Positions 8,171-19,133 are shown, numbered from the stretch's first letter. The stretch: DNA of 64,000 nucleotides from an uncultured Candidatus Saccharibacteria bacterium (GCA_964426385.1 CAYRQF010000002.1:7037-71036), one strand, 5' to 3'. Notes: generated by a model not told the origin, from the letters alone. A program made the numbers and translations.

Positions 8171-9310
8171 ATGATGGATAGCGTAGTAAAAGGGCTGATG
8201 GGAAAGCTTGGGGATATTTTGAAATCGTCAAAAGGCGGGAGTGTTTTAGGTATCGACGTCGGATCTTCGGCTATCAAAGTCGTTCAGATAAAAAAAGAGG
8301 GCGCCAAGGCGATACTTGAAACGTATGGCTCCATCGCTCTCGCTCCTTATGCTGAGGGTGTCGTTGGGCAGGTCATCCCTATTCCTGAAGAGGCATTGGT
8401 CAAAGCGCTACTCGATCTGTTCAAAGAGGCAAATGTGACCACTAAAAATTCCGCCATGTCGATCCCGGCCTCAGCCTCGCTTGTTTTTCTTGTAGAGCTT
8501 CCTGGTAGTGTCGATGAGAAACAGTTACCTGAGATTATCCATAACGAAGCTAGGCGGTATATCCCCGTACCTATAACAGAGGTTGCCATGGACTGGTGGA
8601 TGGTACCGAAGAGACCCCTCGATGATGTGACCGATGATTCTGTTAAGCCTTCCAAGTCAGATATAAAAGAAGAAAAAACCAAAGTCCTAGTCGCCGCTAT
8701 CCATAACGAGGCATTAGAGAAATATAAGAGCTTGGTAAATGATGCCAAGATAGATACTGACTTTTTTGAGATCGAGATGTTTGGTTCAGTACGTTCGACG
8801 CTTGGTCAGGATCTCGGCACGAATATGATATTCGATATGGGTGCATCTAAAACGAAGATATCTATCGTCGATCGTGGGGTTATCCAGGACTTTCATATCA
8901 TCAATCGTGGCTCACACGATATATCAACAGCGCTCGCGACTGCGCTTTCTATCGGTTTTCACGATGCTGAGATGATGAAGAAAGAATACGGCCTGTATGA
9001 TAATCCAAAACAACCAAAAGCCTCTGAGGTCATCAAGAGCGTACTCGATTATATACTTTTTGAGTCGGGGAATGTGGTATTGAATTATGAAAAGAAGTAT
9101 AATAAAAGTATTGGAAAAGTCGTGATGATCGGCGGAGGAGTTTTGTTGAAGGGGATTATGGATGTTGCGCAAAAAAAGTTCAACACTGAGACTGAACTTG
9201 GCAATCCATTCAAACGAATCGAAGCCCCGGCCTTCCTAGAGAATGTTCTCTCGGAGTCCGGACCAGAGTTCGCCGTTGCCGCTGGACTAGCGCTCAGAAA
9301 GTTAAGGTAA
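8171..9310 (+). CDS. pilM: type IV pilus assembly protein PilM (actin-like ATPase)
   Basis: LGIDVGSSAIKVVQI actin-fold N-terminus, matching PilM architecture. It is the first gene of the pilMNO-pilBTC block. Confidence 0.85.
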   Translation: MMDSVVKGLMGKLGDILKSSKGGSVLGIDVGSSAIKVVQIKKEGAKAILETYGSIALAPYAEGVVGQVIPIPEEALVKALLDLFKEANVTTKNSAMSIPASASLVFLVELPGSVDEKQLPEIIHNEARRYIPVPITEVAMDWWMVPKRPLDDVTDDSVKPSKSDIKEEKTKVLVAAIHNEALEKYKSLVNDAKIDTDFFEIEMFGSVRSTLGQDLGTNMIFDMGASKTKISIVDRGVIQDFHIINRGSHDISTALATALSIGFHDAEMMKKEYGLYDNPKQPKASEVIKSVLDYILFESGNVVLNYEKKYNKSIGKVVMIGGGVLLKGIMDVAQKKFNTETELGNPFKRIEAPAFLENVLSESGPEFAVAAGLALRKLR

Positions 9311-9319
9311 AATATTTGC

Positions 9320-10078
9320 ATGGATAAAGAATTTCAAACATCGTTCGTTCCGAAGAAGACTGTAATAGAGCGTGAAGTGTCCCACACTCACAGCAGTTTT
9401 TCTGGTGTGGCCAATCTGGTAGCACTCATCATATTTATCGCCTCTATCCTCTCCGCAGGTGCTGCATATTTCTATCGTGGCTCTATGGAGGATAAGGTGT
9501 TGAATTATAAAGACTCACTTCAGCGTGCTCGTGCATCTTTTGAGCCAGCCCTCATCACTGAGCTTCAGATTCTCGACAAGAGGATGCGCGCTTCGACCGA
9601 GATACTCGCTAATCATATCGCCGTCTCTCCTATATTTACTCTTCTCGGCGAGGTTACATTGCCAACTGTGCGATATTCTGACTTTTCATACGGATTCAAC
9701 GAAGAAGACTCCAAACTTGTAGACGTAGAGATCAATGGCGAAGCCAAAGGGTATAATTTTATCGCCCTTCAGGCAGATCTTATCGGCGATAATAAATTTA
9801 TCAAGAACCCGATCTTCTCAGAGTTCACACTAGATCAGACGGGCAATATAGATTTTAAGTTGACGTTTTCTGTGGACAAATCCCTCGTTCTGTATGAGTC
9901 ATTCCTCGAGAGAGAAGAGTCCCTCGGCGAGGATTTTGATCCGGCGGTGACTGGCGATCCATTTGCTCCGGCAGTACCAGGCTCTGGCGAGATAATAGAA
10001 CAGCCGATGGATGGCGATACGCAGACTGATTCGTCTGGTGGAACTCCACCGTCTAGTAATATCCAAATTAATATATGA
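9320..10078 (+). CDS. pilN: PilN-like bitopic pilus assembly protein
   Basis: A short cytoplasmic N-terminus, a single TM helix and a periplasmic domain, located directly after pilM. Confidence 0.5.
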   Translation: MDKEFQTSFVPKKTVIEREVSHTHSSFSGVANLVALIIFIASILSAGAAYFYRGSMEDKVLNYKDSLQRARASFEPALITELQILDKRMRASTEILANHIAVSPIFTLLGEVTLPTVRYSDFSYGFNEEDSKLVDVEINGEAKGYNFIALQADLIGDNKFIKNPIFSEFTLDQTGNIDFKLTFSVDKSLVLYESFLEREESLGEDFDPAVTGDPFAPAVPGSGEIIEQPMDGDTQTDSSGGTPPSSNIQINI

Positions 10079-10716
10079 GATGGTTACTACCAATAATTTT
10101 GATCGGAGTCGGCATCGGGGGATTTTTCATAATCACTCAGCCTATTTTTGATGAGACCCAGGCTCTTCAGGCAGAGGCAGCGGTTTACGAGGTGGCTCTC
10201 CAGAATTCTGCGAACCTCGTCAAAGAGCGCGACCGTCTTACAACGAAGTACAATAGTTTCAGCAAGGATGATGTGATGAAGCTCGAGAAAATGCTTCCCG
10301 ATAGTGTCGACAATATCCAGCTCATACTTGAAATCCAAGAAGAAGCCGCCAAGAGGGGTATAATAGTCAAAAATGTCGAATTCGAGCCAGATCAGTTTCT
10401 CGAACAGAATGCAGTTGTAACTGATGCCGCAGTTGGAACATCAGGAACGACAACAACAGCAGCACGAGAGCGTGCAACGACGAGACGTGCAACAGATGCA
10501 GACGCGAATAAGGAATACGAGGCTTTTGAACTAGAGTTCTCTGTGGAAGGATCTTATGATGACTTCGTGTCGTTCATGAAGCTGATGGAGAGGAGTCTCC
10601 GATTGATCGACATAAACAGCATTGCTTTTACCCCGGGAACATCCGAGAAGGACAAAGTCTACAGCGACAATTATAAGTACCTTTTCCGTATTAATACTTA
10701 TAGACTAAAAGACTAA
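10075..10716 (+). CDS. pilO: PilO-like pilus assembly protein
   Basis: A TM helix, a coiled coil and a C-terminal alpha/beta domain (GSYDDFVSFMKLME), in the position after pilN. Confidence 0.55.
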   Translation: MRWLLPIILIGVGIGGFFIITQPIFDETQALQAEAAVYEVALQNSANLVKERDRLTTKYNSFSKDDVMKLEKMLPDSVDNIQLILEIQEEAAKRGIIVKNVEFEPDQFLEQNAVVTDAAVGTSGTTTTAARERATTRRATDADANKEYEAFELEFSVEGSYDDFVSFMKLMERSLRLIDINSIAFTPGTSEKDKVYSDNYKYLFRINTYRLKD

Positions 10717-10723
10717 GCCTTAT

Positions 10724-11485
10724 ATGAACCACACACTGAAAAATATCATAATAGGAATAGTCATAATAGCTCTCTTGGGTCTAGGCTATTATCTATTTTT
10801 TGCGAGATCTTCTGATTCCCCGAGTCCTGCACCCAAAAATACCGGAAGTCTCACTACGGCAGAGGGTGCGCCTGTTTCAAGCATCATAAATACTGAAAAG
10901 CCACTAGGAGAAGTTGAGGCCACCAAAATCGGTCAGGAGTTCATAAACCAGTTATTGTCCCTTCAAGCTATCAAGCTTGATGATGAGATATTCTCATCTC
11001 TTTCTTTCCAGTCACTAGAAGATTTCACTATAGTATTGATCCAACCAGGAAATGAAGGGCGCCCAAATCCATTCGCCCCATTTGGATCTGATGGTGCAAC
11101 TTCGAGTAGTCAGGGAACCCCTTCATTTACAGTAGGGGAAGGCGCAGAGTCAGGGGTTGTCGATCCTAATGCTTGGCTTCGGGTGAGCTTCAACAGAAAA
11201 GACATCTTCTACCCACCAACATGGACTGTCGCCACAGAGTTCAAGCCTCTAGTAGAAGAAGATGACGACCTAGAAGCTCAGATGCACCGGTTTACTCTTC
11301 CAAGCATGGCAACTATAACCTGGGGCGGTTTGTCGTCCGCGTGTAGTACTTCGACTTATCCGGCGTTTCAGTATGGTGCATCAACAAAGATTTGCATCAG
11401 GAACACTACGGTTCAGATAGACGGCGTTGATCCGACACCAGAGACGAAGACTGCATTCGGTGATTTTGTAACAAGAAATAAGTAG
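10724..11485 (+). CDS. hypothetical membrane-anchored protein of the pilus operon (PilP-like position)
   Basis: N-terminal TM helix, sitting between pilO and pilB. Confidence 0.45.
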   Translation: MNHTLKNIIIGIVIIALLGLGYYLFFARSSDSPSPAPKNTGSLTTAEGAPVSSIINTEKPLGEVEATKIGQEFINQLLSLQAIKLDDEIFSSLSFQSLEDFTIVLIQPGNEGRPNPFAPFGSDGATSSSQGTPSFTVGEGAESGVVDPNAWLRVSFNRKDIFYPPTWTVATEFKPLVEEDDDLEAQMHRFTLPSMATITWGGLSSACSTSTYPAFQYGASTKICIRNTTVQIDGVDPTPETKTAFGDFVTRNK

Positions 11486-11563
11486 CAACTATGAGAAATA
11501 TTTTTTCTAATAAAACCAATCTGTCTCGAGGAATCCCATTTATAAGGATTAATAACTCCTAAT

Positions 11564-13312
11564 ATGACATTCCTCCAGGGACTAGTTGAACAAGGGCTTT
11601 TATCCAAGGACCTGGTGTCTCATATTTCGAGTTCTGTAGAGGCTAAATACGGAGGGGATTTAGAAGAAGCTTTGTCCAAAGAAGCCAGTATTCCTGAGGA
11701 CAAAATGCTCGAGTACAAATCTACTTTCTACGGTATACCAGCTCGTTCAGTTGGACCAAAAGAACTCGACCCTCGAGTTTTAGAATACATATCTGAGGAT
11801 TCAGCTCGACAGTACGGATTTATTCCTGTTGGAATAAAAGATAACGTTCTCGAAGTCGGCATAGTTAATCCTGGACGTACGGATTCCCTCGATGCTCTAC
11901 AGTTTATCTCGTCTAAAAATGAGACACCATACAAGCTTTTTGTTTTAACAAAGAGAAATTACGATACATTACTGGAGGCATACAAGGGTCTGTCCGGGGA
12001 AGTAGACGCCGCACTTTCTGATCTCGACACTGAACTTTCGAAAGTCGACGGATTGAATAAACTCAAAGAAGCCGCTCGCACAGAGGCCGCTGCCGAAGGT
12101 CAGCCAGCTGAGGAAGATGAGAGAAAGATTGTTGAAGAGGCTCCGATAATCAAAGTCGTAGCAGTGACCCTGCGTCACGCTGTCGAGGGTGGTGCTTCAG
12201 ACATCCATATCGAGAACACTGGCAAAGAAGTCAAAGTGCGTTTTCGTGTCGATGGCGAACTACACACATCTCTCACTCTACCACTTAACGTCTATTCGGG
12301 AGTTGTCGCGCGTATCAAGATATTGGCCAAGCTTCGTCTCGATGAGAAGCGCAAGCCACAAGACGGAGGTTTCTCCGCGAAAATCGATGGTAGGAAAATC
12401 GACCTGCGTGTTTCGACATTCCCAGCATATTATGGTGAAAAAGTCGTGATGCGTATTCTGGATGCGGAGAAGGGAGTAAAAAGTTTGGATGATCTCAATA
12501 TGACGCCCGAGCATCTCAAGCTTATCCGTGACGCTATCAACATACCATACGGCATCGTGCTCATCACCGGTCCGACAGGAAGCGGTAAGACTACGACGCT
12601 ATATGCCATGCTAAACGAAATTGATCGCGAGTCGAAAAACGTCGTCTCTCTCGAAGACCCGGTCGAATACCATGTCGACGGAGTGAATCAGTCTCAGGTT
12701 ATGCCGGAGATCGGTTATACCTTTGCATCGGGACTTCGCTCCATCCTTCGTCAGGACCCGGATGTTATCCTGGTTGGAGAAATCCGCGACAAAGAAACTG
12801 CTGCTCTCGCTATCCAGGCCGCACTCACTGGACACTTGGTGTTATCCACTCTCCACACCAACAATGCTGCCGGTGCTATCCCTCGCCTCATCGACATGGG
12901 TGTCGACCCGTTCCTTATCGCTCCGACGTTAGTACTCGCTATCGCTCAGAGGTTGGCCAAGAAAACCTGCGAGGATTCTCGCGAACCTGTAGCGATAGAT
13001 GAGGCAACCAGGGTCATGATCGACAAAGAATTCGCTGACTTACCTCCAGAGTTCCGTTCCAAAATCACGATCCCCGAAAAGATGATGAAAACTGTTCCCT
13101 CGAAGACCTGCCCGTCTGGAACCAAGGGACGTATGGCTGTGTTCGAGATGTTTCCTGTAGATAAGGAGATTGAGTCAGTGATTTTGAAATCTCCGACTGA
13201 GCTCGATATATATAACGCAACCCGAAAGAAGGGCGTTCTGACGATGAGAGAAGATGCATTACTCAAGGCTCTGAAGGGAGATATCCCCATAACAGAAATG
13301 TATAAGTTCTAA
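11564..13312 (+). CDS. pilB: type IV pilus assembly ATPase PilB (GspE family)
   Basis: Walker A (GPTGSGKTT), a GspE N-domain, and a tetracysteine/His-box region. Confidence 0.9.
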   Translation: MTFLQGLVEQGLLSKDLVSHISSSVEAKYGGDLEEALSKEASIPEDKMLEYKSTFYGIPARSVGPKELDPRVLEYISEDSARQYGFIPVGIKDNVLEVGIVNPGRTDSLDALQFISSKNETPYKLFVLTKRNYDTLLEAYKGLSGEVDAALSDLDTELSKVDGLNKLKEAARTEAAAEGQPAEEDERKIVEEAPIIKVVAVTLRHAVEGGASDIHIENTGKEVKVRFRVDGELHTSLTLPLNVYSGVVARIKILAKLRLDEKRKPQDGGFSAKIDGRKIDLRVSTFPAYYGEKVVMRILDAEKGVKSLDDLNMTPEHLKLIRDAINIPYGIVLITGPTGSGKTTTLYAMLNEIDRESKNVVSLEDPVEYHVDGVNQSQVMPEIGYTFASGLRSILRQDPDVILVGEIRDKETAALAIQAALTGHLVLSTLHTNNAAGAIPRLIDMGVDPFLIAPTLVLAIAQRLAKKTCEDSREPVAIDEATRVMIDKEFADLPPEFRSKITIPEKMMKTVPSKTCPSGTKGRMAVFEMFPVDKEIESVILKSPTELDIYNATRKKGVLTMREDALLKALKGDIPITEMYKF

Positions 13313-13322
13313 AAAATATTTT

Positions 13323-14393
13323 ATGAATAACGAACTAATAATCCAAAAACTAAATAATCTGATCGAGCAAGTTATAGTGAACAACGGCTCAGATCTTCAT
13401 CTTGCTGTAGGGCGAGTACCGCATATTCGTGTCTCGACTCAGCTCATCGCAGTTGTGAATCAGCCTGTACTCGAAGAGGCCGAACTCGAAGCGATGCTAA
13501 GGTACATGCTAGCTGATGAGGAAAAGTTCGCTGATTTCAAGACGAATCATGAGGCAGATTTTGCCTATGACTACGCCGGTGGTTCGCGACTGCGGGGTAA
13601 CGCCTATTTCCAGAAAGGGAAACCTGCAATAGCACTGCGTCTCGTGCCAAAAGTCAAAAGTTTGCAGGAACTGAATCTCCCAAAACAGCTCGAGCAGTTC
13701 GCCAGGCTTAAACAGGGATTTTTCCTCATCGTTGGACCGGTTGGTCAGGGCAAGTCTACTACGATGGCTTCTCTTATCGAGCTTGTTAATGTTGAGAGGG
13801 CAGAGCATATCATTACTGTTGAAGAGCCGATCGAGTATCTGTTCGAGTCTAAGAAATCCATCATTGACCAGCGCGAGATAGGACTCGACACCAAGGATTT
13901 CGCTACGGCACTCAAGTCTGCGTTCCGTGAGGATGCGAACGTTCTCATGATCGGCGAGATGCGTAGCCCTGAGACTATATCGGCGGCAGTCACCGCTGCC
14001 GAAACTGGACACCTCGTCATATCGACTCTCCACACCAACAACGCACCACAGACCATCGACCGTATTATCGATTCTTTTCCAGCTGAACAGCAGGACCAAG
14101 CCCGCTCCCAACTCGCGAATTCTCTCGTCGGCATATTCTCCCAGCGTCTCATCCCGCGAACTAACGGCGGACTCATCCCAGCGTATGAACTTCTCATCAA
14201 CACCAAAGCTGTGGCGAACCTCATCCGTGAGAACCGTACGCACGAGATTGATGTCTTGATAGAGACAGGGTCTGAGCTCGGAATGATAGATATCAACCAC
14301 TCCCTCCTCGAGCTTGTCCGGCGGGGAGAGATCACCGTTGATGATGCTCGTTTCCACGCCTTCAACAAGAAGACATTCGAAAGTCTGTTATAA
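13323..14393 (+). CDS. pilT: twitching motility retraction ATPase PilT
   Basis: GPVGQGKSTT Walker A, HLVISTLHTNNA, and a PilT-like length of 356 aa. Confidence 0.9.
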   Translation: MNNELIIQKLNNLIEQVIVNNGSDLHLAVGRVPHIRVSTQLIAVVNQPVLEEAELEAMLRYMLADEEKFADFKTNHEADFAYDYAGGSRLRGNAYFQKGKPAIALRLVPKVKSLQELNLPKQLEQFARLKQGFFLIVGPVGQGKSTTMASLIELVNVERAEHIITVEEPIEYLFESKKSIIDQREIGLDTKDFATALKSAFREDANVLMIGEMRSPETISAAVTAAETGHLVISTLHTNNAPQTIDRIIDSFPAEQQDQARSQLANSLVGIFSQRLIPRTNGGLIPAYELLINTKAVANLIRENRTHEIDVLIETGSELGMIDINHSLLELVRRGEITVDDARFHAFNKKTFESLL

Positions 14394-14401
14394 TTTAACC
14401 A

Positions 14402-15604
14402 ATGTTATTCAAATATAAAGCCCTGGATCAGGCAGGCAAGAAAAAAGAAGGCACTATCGACGCACTGAACAAGACCGTGGCTATCGCCGCACTCCAGAGG
14501 CGAAGCCTTATCGTCGTATCTCTCAAGGGTGATGAGGACAAGTCTATATTTCGTGGAACGTTCCTCGATCGTGTTCCACTGCGCGATGTTGTCATCATGT
14601 CTCGTCAGCTTGCGACGCTCTTTTCGTCTCAGGTCTCTGCACTCAAAGCTTTCACACTACTTTCTGAGAACGCTGAGAACAAGATGCTCGCCGGACAGCT
14701 CCGTCAGATAGGCGACGACCTACAGGCTGGTTCGTCTATTTCGGACGCTTTGTCCAAGTATCCTGATACTTTCTCAGAGTTTTATGTGAACATGGTCAAA
14801 GCTGGCGAAGAGTCGGGTAAACTGAACGAAACCTTCGAATACCTCGCGCAGTATCTAGATCGCCAGTACAACCTGACATCGAAGACTCGGAATGCGCTCA
14901 TCTATCCAGCATTCGTCATCGTCGTCTTCATCTCCGTCATGATACTCATGTTCACCATGGTTATCCCGAACTTGGCTCAGCTCCTCCTTGAGTCCGGACA
15001 GGAGATACCGATATATACCCGCATAATCATCGGCATCAGTAACTTCTTAGTCAACTACGGTATATTTATTCTGATAATCGTTGTGATGGCTGTCATGTAC
15101 TTCTTCTGGTATAGGCGTAACGAGAATGGTAAAGAGTACATCGACAATATCAAGATATCTGTGCCTCTCATCGGCAATCTATACAGGAAAATGTTCCTGT
15201 CTCGTATCGCTGACAACCTTAACACCATGCTTTCATCCGGTATATCCATCGTTCGCTCTATAGAGATCACAGGAGACGTGGTGGGGAACTATGTTTACAG
15301 GAGGATTCTGCGAGAAACAGAAGACGCCGTGAAGTCCGGAAGCTCACTCTCTGATGCCCTAGGCAAATATCCTCAGATTCCGGCTATCATGGTGCAGATG
15401 ATAAAAGTGGGAGAAGAAACCGGAAGCCTCGGGTCTATCCTCAAGACTCTAGCCGAGTTTTATCGCCGAGAAGTAGATGATGCTGTCGATACGATGATCG
15501 GTCTCATCGAGCCGGCCATGATCGTGATGCTCGGTCTCGGCGTCGGTATACTTCTAACCTCAGTTCTCGTACCAATTTACAATATTGCTAGTTCTATTAG
15601 CTAA
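14402..15604 (+). CDS. pilC: type IV pilus platform protein PilC (GspF family)
   Basis: Two GspF repeats and three TM segments; 400 aa. Confidence 0.9.
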   Translation: MLFKYKALDQAGKKKEGTIDALNKTVAIAALQRRSLIVVSLKGDEDKSIFRGTFLDRVPLRDVVIMSRQLATLFSSQVSALKAFTLLSENAENKMLAGQLRQIGDDLQAGSSISDALSKYPDTFSEFYVNMVKAGEESGKLNETFEYLAQYLDRQYNLTSKTRNALIYPAFVIVVFISVMILMFTMVIPNLAQLLLESGQEIPIYTRIIIGISNFLVNYGIFILIIVVMAVMYFFWYRRNENGKEYIDNIKISVPLIGNLYRKMFLSRIADNLNTMLSSGISIVRSIEITGDVVGNYVYRRILRETEDAVKSGSSLSDALGKYPQIPAIMVQMIKVGEETGSLGSILKTLAEFYRREVDDAVDTMIGLIEPAMIVMLGLGVGILLTSVLVPIYNIASSIS

Positions 15605-15663
15605 CACAGGGGGAATTCTTTTCCACAGTTTAGATACGTGCCACGCTTGCCATAGGCGCATTG

Positions 15664-15672
15664 TGATATAAT
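15664..15672 (+). promoter_or_regulatory. extended -10 promoter element (TGaTATAAT) upstream of the major pilin
   Basis: TG at 15664-15665 and TATAAT at 15667-15672. The pilA ATG lies about 46 nt downstream. Confidence 0.45.
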
Positions 15673-15718
15673 GAACCTAAGAAATTTATTATTTATAAAA
15701 GTTAATTAGTATTTTATT

Positions 15719-16228
15719 ATGAAGTCCAAATCTAACCGTGGTTTTACATTGATCGAACTCTTGGTGGTCGTAGCCATCATCGGTATCCTTTCATCTATCG
15801 TCTTGGTCTCTCTGAATAGTGCAAGGTCAAAAGGTCGTGACGCTTCAGCCAAGGGAAGTCTCTCGTCTATGAGGGCAACCGCTGAGATATTTTTTGACAC
15901 TTATTCTTTCTATGGGCCAACAGGGAGCGCTGGGCAGATTGGTGATGCGGATAACCTTCTAGCTGGTCTTTCGCCCACAGATACGCTCGTTGATGCAACA
16001 AGTATCTGTGACTACATAGAAATTGTACGACTTGCCGACGCTGTACATGCGCAGACTCGTGAACCTGTCGAATGTGAGCCAGATGACGCGAACGCAAACG
16101 GAGCAAGCTATACTCTCTCAGCCTTACTGAATGATGGCAGAACATATTGTATCGATTCAACTGGATATGCTGGATATAATGATACAGACAACGGCACTGC
16201 TGTGAACCCAGGAATCTCTTGTAGATAA
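15719..16228 (+). CDS. pilA: type IV major pilin (prepilin with a class III signal peptide)
   Basis: NRG|FTLIELLVVVAIIGIL: G-1, F+1, E+5 and a hydrophobic N-terminal helix. Confidence 0.85.
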   Translation: MKSKSNRGFTLIELLVVVAIIGILSSIVLVSLNSARSKGRDASAKGSLSSMRATAEIFFDTYSFYGPTGSAGQIGDADNLLAGLSPTDTLVDATSICDYIEIVRLADAVHAQTREPVECEPDDANANGASYTLSALLNDGRTYCIDSTGYAGYNDTDNGTAVNPGISCR

Positions 16229-16242
16229 GATTAGGAAATTCA

Positions 16243-16275
16243 AAACAGCTCCATATGGAGCTGTTTTGAATTTTA
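16243..16275 (+). terminator. rho-independent terminator after pilA
   Basis: AAAACAGCTCCATATGGAGCTGTTTT perfect hairpin plus a T-run. Confidence 0.7.
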
Positions 16276-16343
16276 GACACATCGTCCCCAAACTGATTTT
16301 GTTTTCATTTCGATATAAATTCGTGTGGGGGTATAATTAAGAC

Positions 16344-17153
16344 ATGAATACCATCTTAGCTATTTTCGTTTTTGTTTTTGGTGCGATTATCGGGAGCTTC
16401 TTGAACGTGGTGATACTCCGTCTCGGTACAGGGCGTTCGCTCGGAGGACGTTCCATGTGTTCTGTGACTGGCAAACCCTTGAGATGGTTCGAGCTCATCC
16501 CGATCGTATCATTCATCATCCAGGGCGGTAGGTCCAGATATTCGAAGACTAAGATATCTTGGCAGTATCCACTAGTAGAATTCTTCACTGGATTATTGTT
16601 CCTATTCATCGCGATAAAGTTTCTACCTCTCATATATATCAGACCAGAGCTCGTACTCATAAATCTGCTTTTCTATTTTATTGTCGTGAGTTACCTGATT
16701 ATGATTTTCGTCTACGATATGAGGCATCGGATAATCCCTGACACGTTCCTCTATCCTCTAGCGGGGCTAATATTTATCGGAGTATTTTGTCTTCCACTAT
16801 TTCTCGGTGCCGATATAAACTCGAGTATCATCTGGCCACTTCTAGCGGGTCCCGTCGTCGCTCTGCCACTCCTCGCTCTATGGGTCATCACCCGCGGTAA
16901 GGGGATGGGGCTCGGAGATGTGAAACTCGTCGTTCCGCTCGGCTGGCTACTAGGGCTATCATCTGGATTCGCGATGCTTCTATTGTCGTTTTGGATTGGG
17001 GCCGTGGTTGCAATATTTCTCATCTTTTTTGCGAACAAGAAGATGAAAAGTGAGATACCATTTGGACCATTTATAATAATCAGTTTCATCCTGACGTTCT
17101 TGTATAATATAGATATGAACAGCATCTCGGCATTTTTCGGTGGTTTAATATAA
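16344..17153 (+). CDS. pilD: prepilin peptidase (A24 family)
   Basis: Polytopic membrane protein with a GAIIGSFLNVV N-terminus and a length of 269 aa. Confidence 0.85.
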   Translation: MNTILAIFVFVFGAIIGSFLNVVILRLGTGRSLGGRSMCSVTGKPLRWFELIPIVSFIIQGGRSRYSKTKISWQYPLVEFFTGLLFLFIAIKFLPLIYIRPELVLINLLFYFIVVSYLIMIFVYDMRHRIIPDTFLYPLAGLIFIGVFCLPLFLGADINSSIIWPLLAGPVVALPLLALWVITRGKGMGLGDVKLVVPLGWLLGLSSGFAMLLLSFWIGAVVAIFLIFFANKKMKSEIPFGPFIIISFILTFLYNIDMNSISAFFGGLI

Positions 17154-17154
17154 T

Positions 17155-17883
17155 ATGTTCAAAGATTTTTTTAATAAACGGGAAGTGAAAAGTGGTGACG
17201 CCTCTCGTTTTAATAATGCCGGCATGACGTTCATCGAACTTATCGTCGTACTCGGCATATTTGCTGCAGTTGCTGCGACAGTCCTGTTCAACTACCGCGG
17301 ATTTAGTAACAATGTCTCTCTTCAGAATCTAGCACAGGAAGTCGCCCTCCAGATAAAACGTGCGCAGACTGATGCTGTGTCAGGCAAGACTCCTGCACTG
17401 TCGGTTGTTCAACTACCGAACATCAACAACCTCCTTTCTCTGGATTGGACTCCGAGTTATGGTGTAGCCTTCGACAAGGAGGAATATCCTGGATCACTTT
17501 TCTTTTATTTCAACAAAGATGTCGGTTCTTCGAGTGAGATAAAGCTAGACTTTCTCGATATTGAGAACGGGAGCTACTCATCACCCTGCGGTAACAGTCA
17601 GACCTCTGAGTGTCTAGAGGAGTTGTTGCTTCCAGCAAATGTAGTGATAGATATGATATGTTTTGATTTTACTACGATAGTTCCACAAGGAGATTGCTCT
17701 GATGCTGACGGTGTCGAGGGTGATACAGCACATATCTCGTTCACTCGTCCACGAGGCAATGCCTCTATTATGGAGTTCGACGACGGTGACTATAACGGAA
17801 ATGTCTTCGTCAGACTCACAACAGTAGATGGAGGTAAACGATACATTGCCGTTTGGGAGTCAGGATATATAAGTATAAAATAG
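17155..17883 (+). CDS. minor (pseudo)pilin
   Basis: NAG|MTFIELIVVLGIF prepilin N-terminus with E+5. Confidence 0.75.
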   Translation: MFKDFFNKREVKSGDASRFNNAGMTFIELIVVLGIFAAVAATVLFNYRGFSNNVSLQNLAQEVALQIKRAQTDAVSGKTPALSVVQLPNINNLLSLDWTPSYGVAFDKEEYPGSLFFYFNKDVGSSSEIKLDFLDIENGSYSSPCGNSQTSECLEELLLPANVVIDMICFDFTTIVPQGDCSDADGVEGDTAHISFTRPRGNASIMEFDDGDYNGNVFVRLTTVDGGKRYIAVWESGYISIK

Positions 17884-17886
17884 GTT

Positions 17887-18564
17887 ATGCGTAACAGGAT
17901 GCTAAAAAGAGAAATCACTAATCAAAAAGGCTTTACTCTTGTCGAGATGATGATCGCCGTCGGATTATTCACCGTTCTCATGACAGTCGGCATCGGAGCC
18001 ATACTCGGTGTTAACTCAACCCACAGGAAGACTCAGACGATGCGGGCCGTTATAGACAACCTGTCGTTTCTCATGGAAGACATGGCTCGATCGATTCGTC
18101 TCGGAGACTCTTATTATTGTAAAGAGGATGGCGCGCCGAGTTTCATCGAGCTCTCTGGAGACGTGAATAATCCTCAGGCTTCAAACGATGGCGGTACGGC
18201 TAACAACCTCTGTGACAGTGTAGCGTTCGAGCCTTTCTGGGATTCACAGTTGAGTAATGTTTCGAATCAAATCATATATTATATGACCGAGATCGATGGT
18301 GTCGGTACCATCGTCAAGAAGTCTGAGCTTGCTTCATCAACGTTCAATATAGGCGACTGGGATCCAGTTACACCTACTGAGATTAATATTGATTTAGACC
18401 GATCGGGTTTTATGGTTGTTGGAGCAGAAGACCCAGCTGACTTTCGTCAGCCAAAAGTTTCTATCGTTCTCATAGGTACAGTCAGACTTGCAGGCTCTAT
18501 GACAGAGTTCAATCTCCAGACTACGGTGTCTCAGAGATCCCTCGATGTAAACATAACCCCATAA
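17887..18564 (+). CDS. minor pilin
   Basis: QKG|FTLVEMMIAVGLF prepilin N-terminus. Confidence 0.75.
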   Translation: MRNRMLKREITNQKGFTLVEMMIAVGLFTVLMTVGIGAILGVNSTHRKTQTMRAVIDNLSFLMEDMARSIRLGDSYYCKEDGAPSFIELSGDVNNPQASNDGGTANNLCDSVAFEPFWDSQLSNVSNQIIYYMTEIDGVGTIVKKSELASSTFNIGDWDPVTPTEINIDLDRSGFMVVGAEDPADFRQPKVSIVLIGTVRLAGSMTEFNLQTTVSQRSLDVNITP

Positions 18565-18565
18565 T

Positions 18566-19132
18566 ATGAAAAATGATTTTACGAACAAATCGAGAGGCTT
18601 CACCCTGATAGAGACCATTGTCGCTATCGCTATATTTGCTTTTGCTATCACCGGACTCATATCTATTACAGCAACAGGAGTTTTTAACACTAATTATGTT
18701 AAAAATAAATTCACTGCTTCATATCTAGCTCTGGAAGGGGCAGAGCTAGTTAGAAATATAAGGGATACTGCGGCTCTCTCAGCGAGCGATCTGAACGCGG
18801 CACTTAATGATACGACATATTTACGTAACTGTACGGGTTCTGTTGGTTGTCGTATAGATGCGTGGGCGGTAGCACAGCCTATAGACTGTGAAGCTGTTGA
18901 CGGTACTGCGTGTCGCAATCTCACGTACGACCGTGATACGGCGAAATTCAATTATGATTTCCCAGACAATATAGATGCGTTCGAGTCTATATTTCGTCGC
19001 ACTATCAATGTGACAACCGTGTCACCTGGTCAGGAGATACGGGTTATATCCAAAGTAGAGTGGAATCAGGGGAGGGAAATGCATGATGTTTCGTATACAT
19101 ACAACCTTTTGAATTGGACACTAGCACCTTAA
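18566..19132 (+). CDS. minor pilin
   Basis: SRG|FTLIETIVAIAIF prepilin N-terminus. Confidence 0.75.
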   Translation: MKNDFTNKSRGFTLIETIVAIAIFAFAITGLISITATGVFNTNYVKNKFTASYLALEGAELVRNIRDTAALSASDLNAALNDTTYLRNCTGSVGCRIDAWAVAQPIDCEAVDGTACRNLTYDRDTAKFNYDFPDNIDAFESIFRRTINVTTVSPGQEIRVISKVEWNQGREMHDVSYTYNLLNWTLAP

Positions 19133-19133
19133 T

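Noticed and set aside
13509-14368. Two long minus-strand ORFs (282 and 207 aa) inside pilT
   Set aside because: pilT on the + strand has Walker A, a His box and full length. The antisense frames are Arg/Ser-rich with no motifs.
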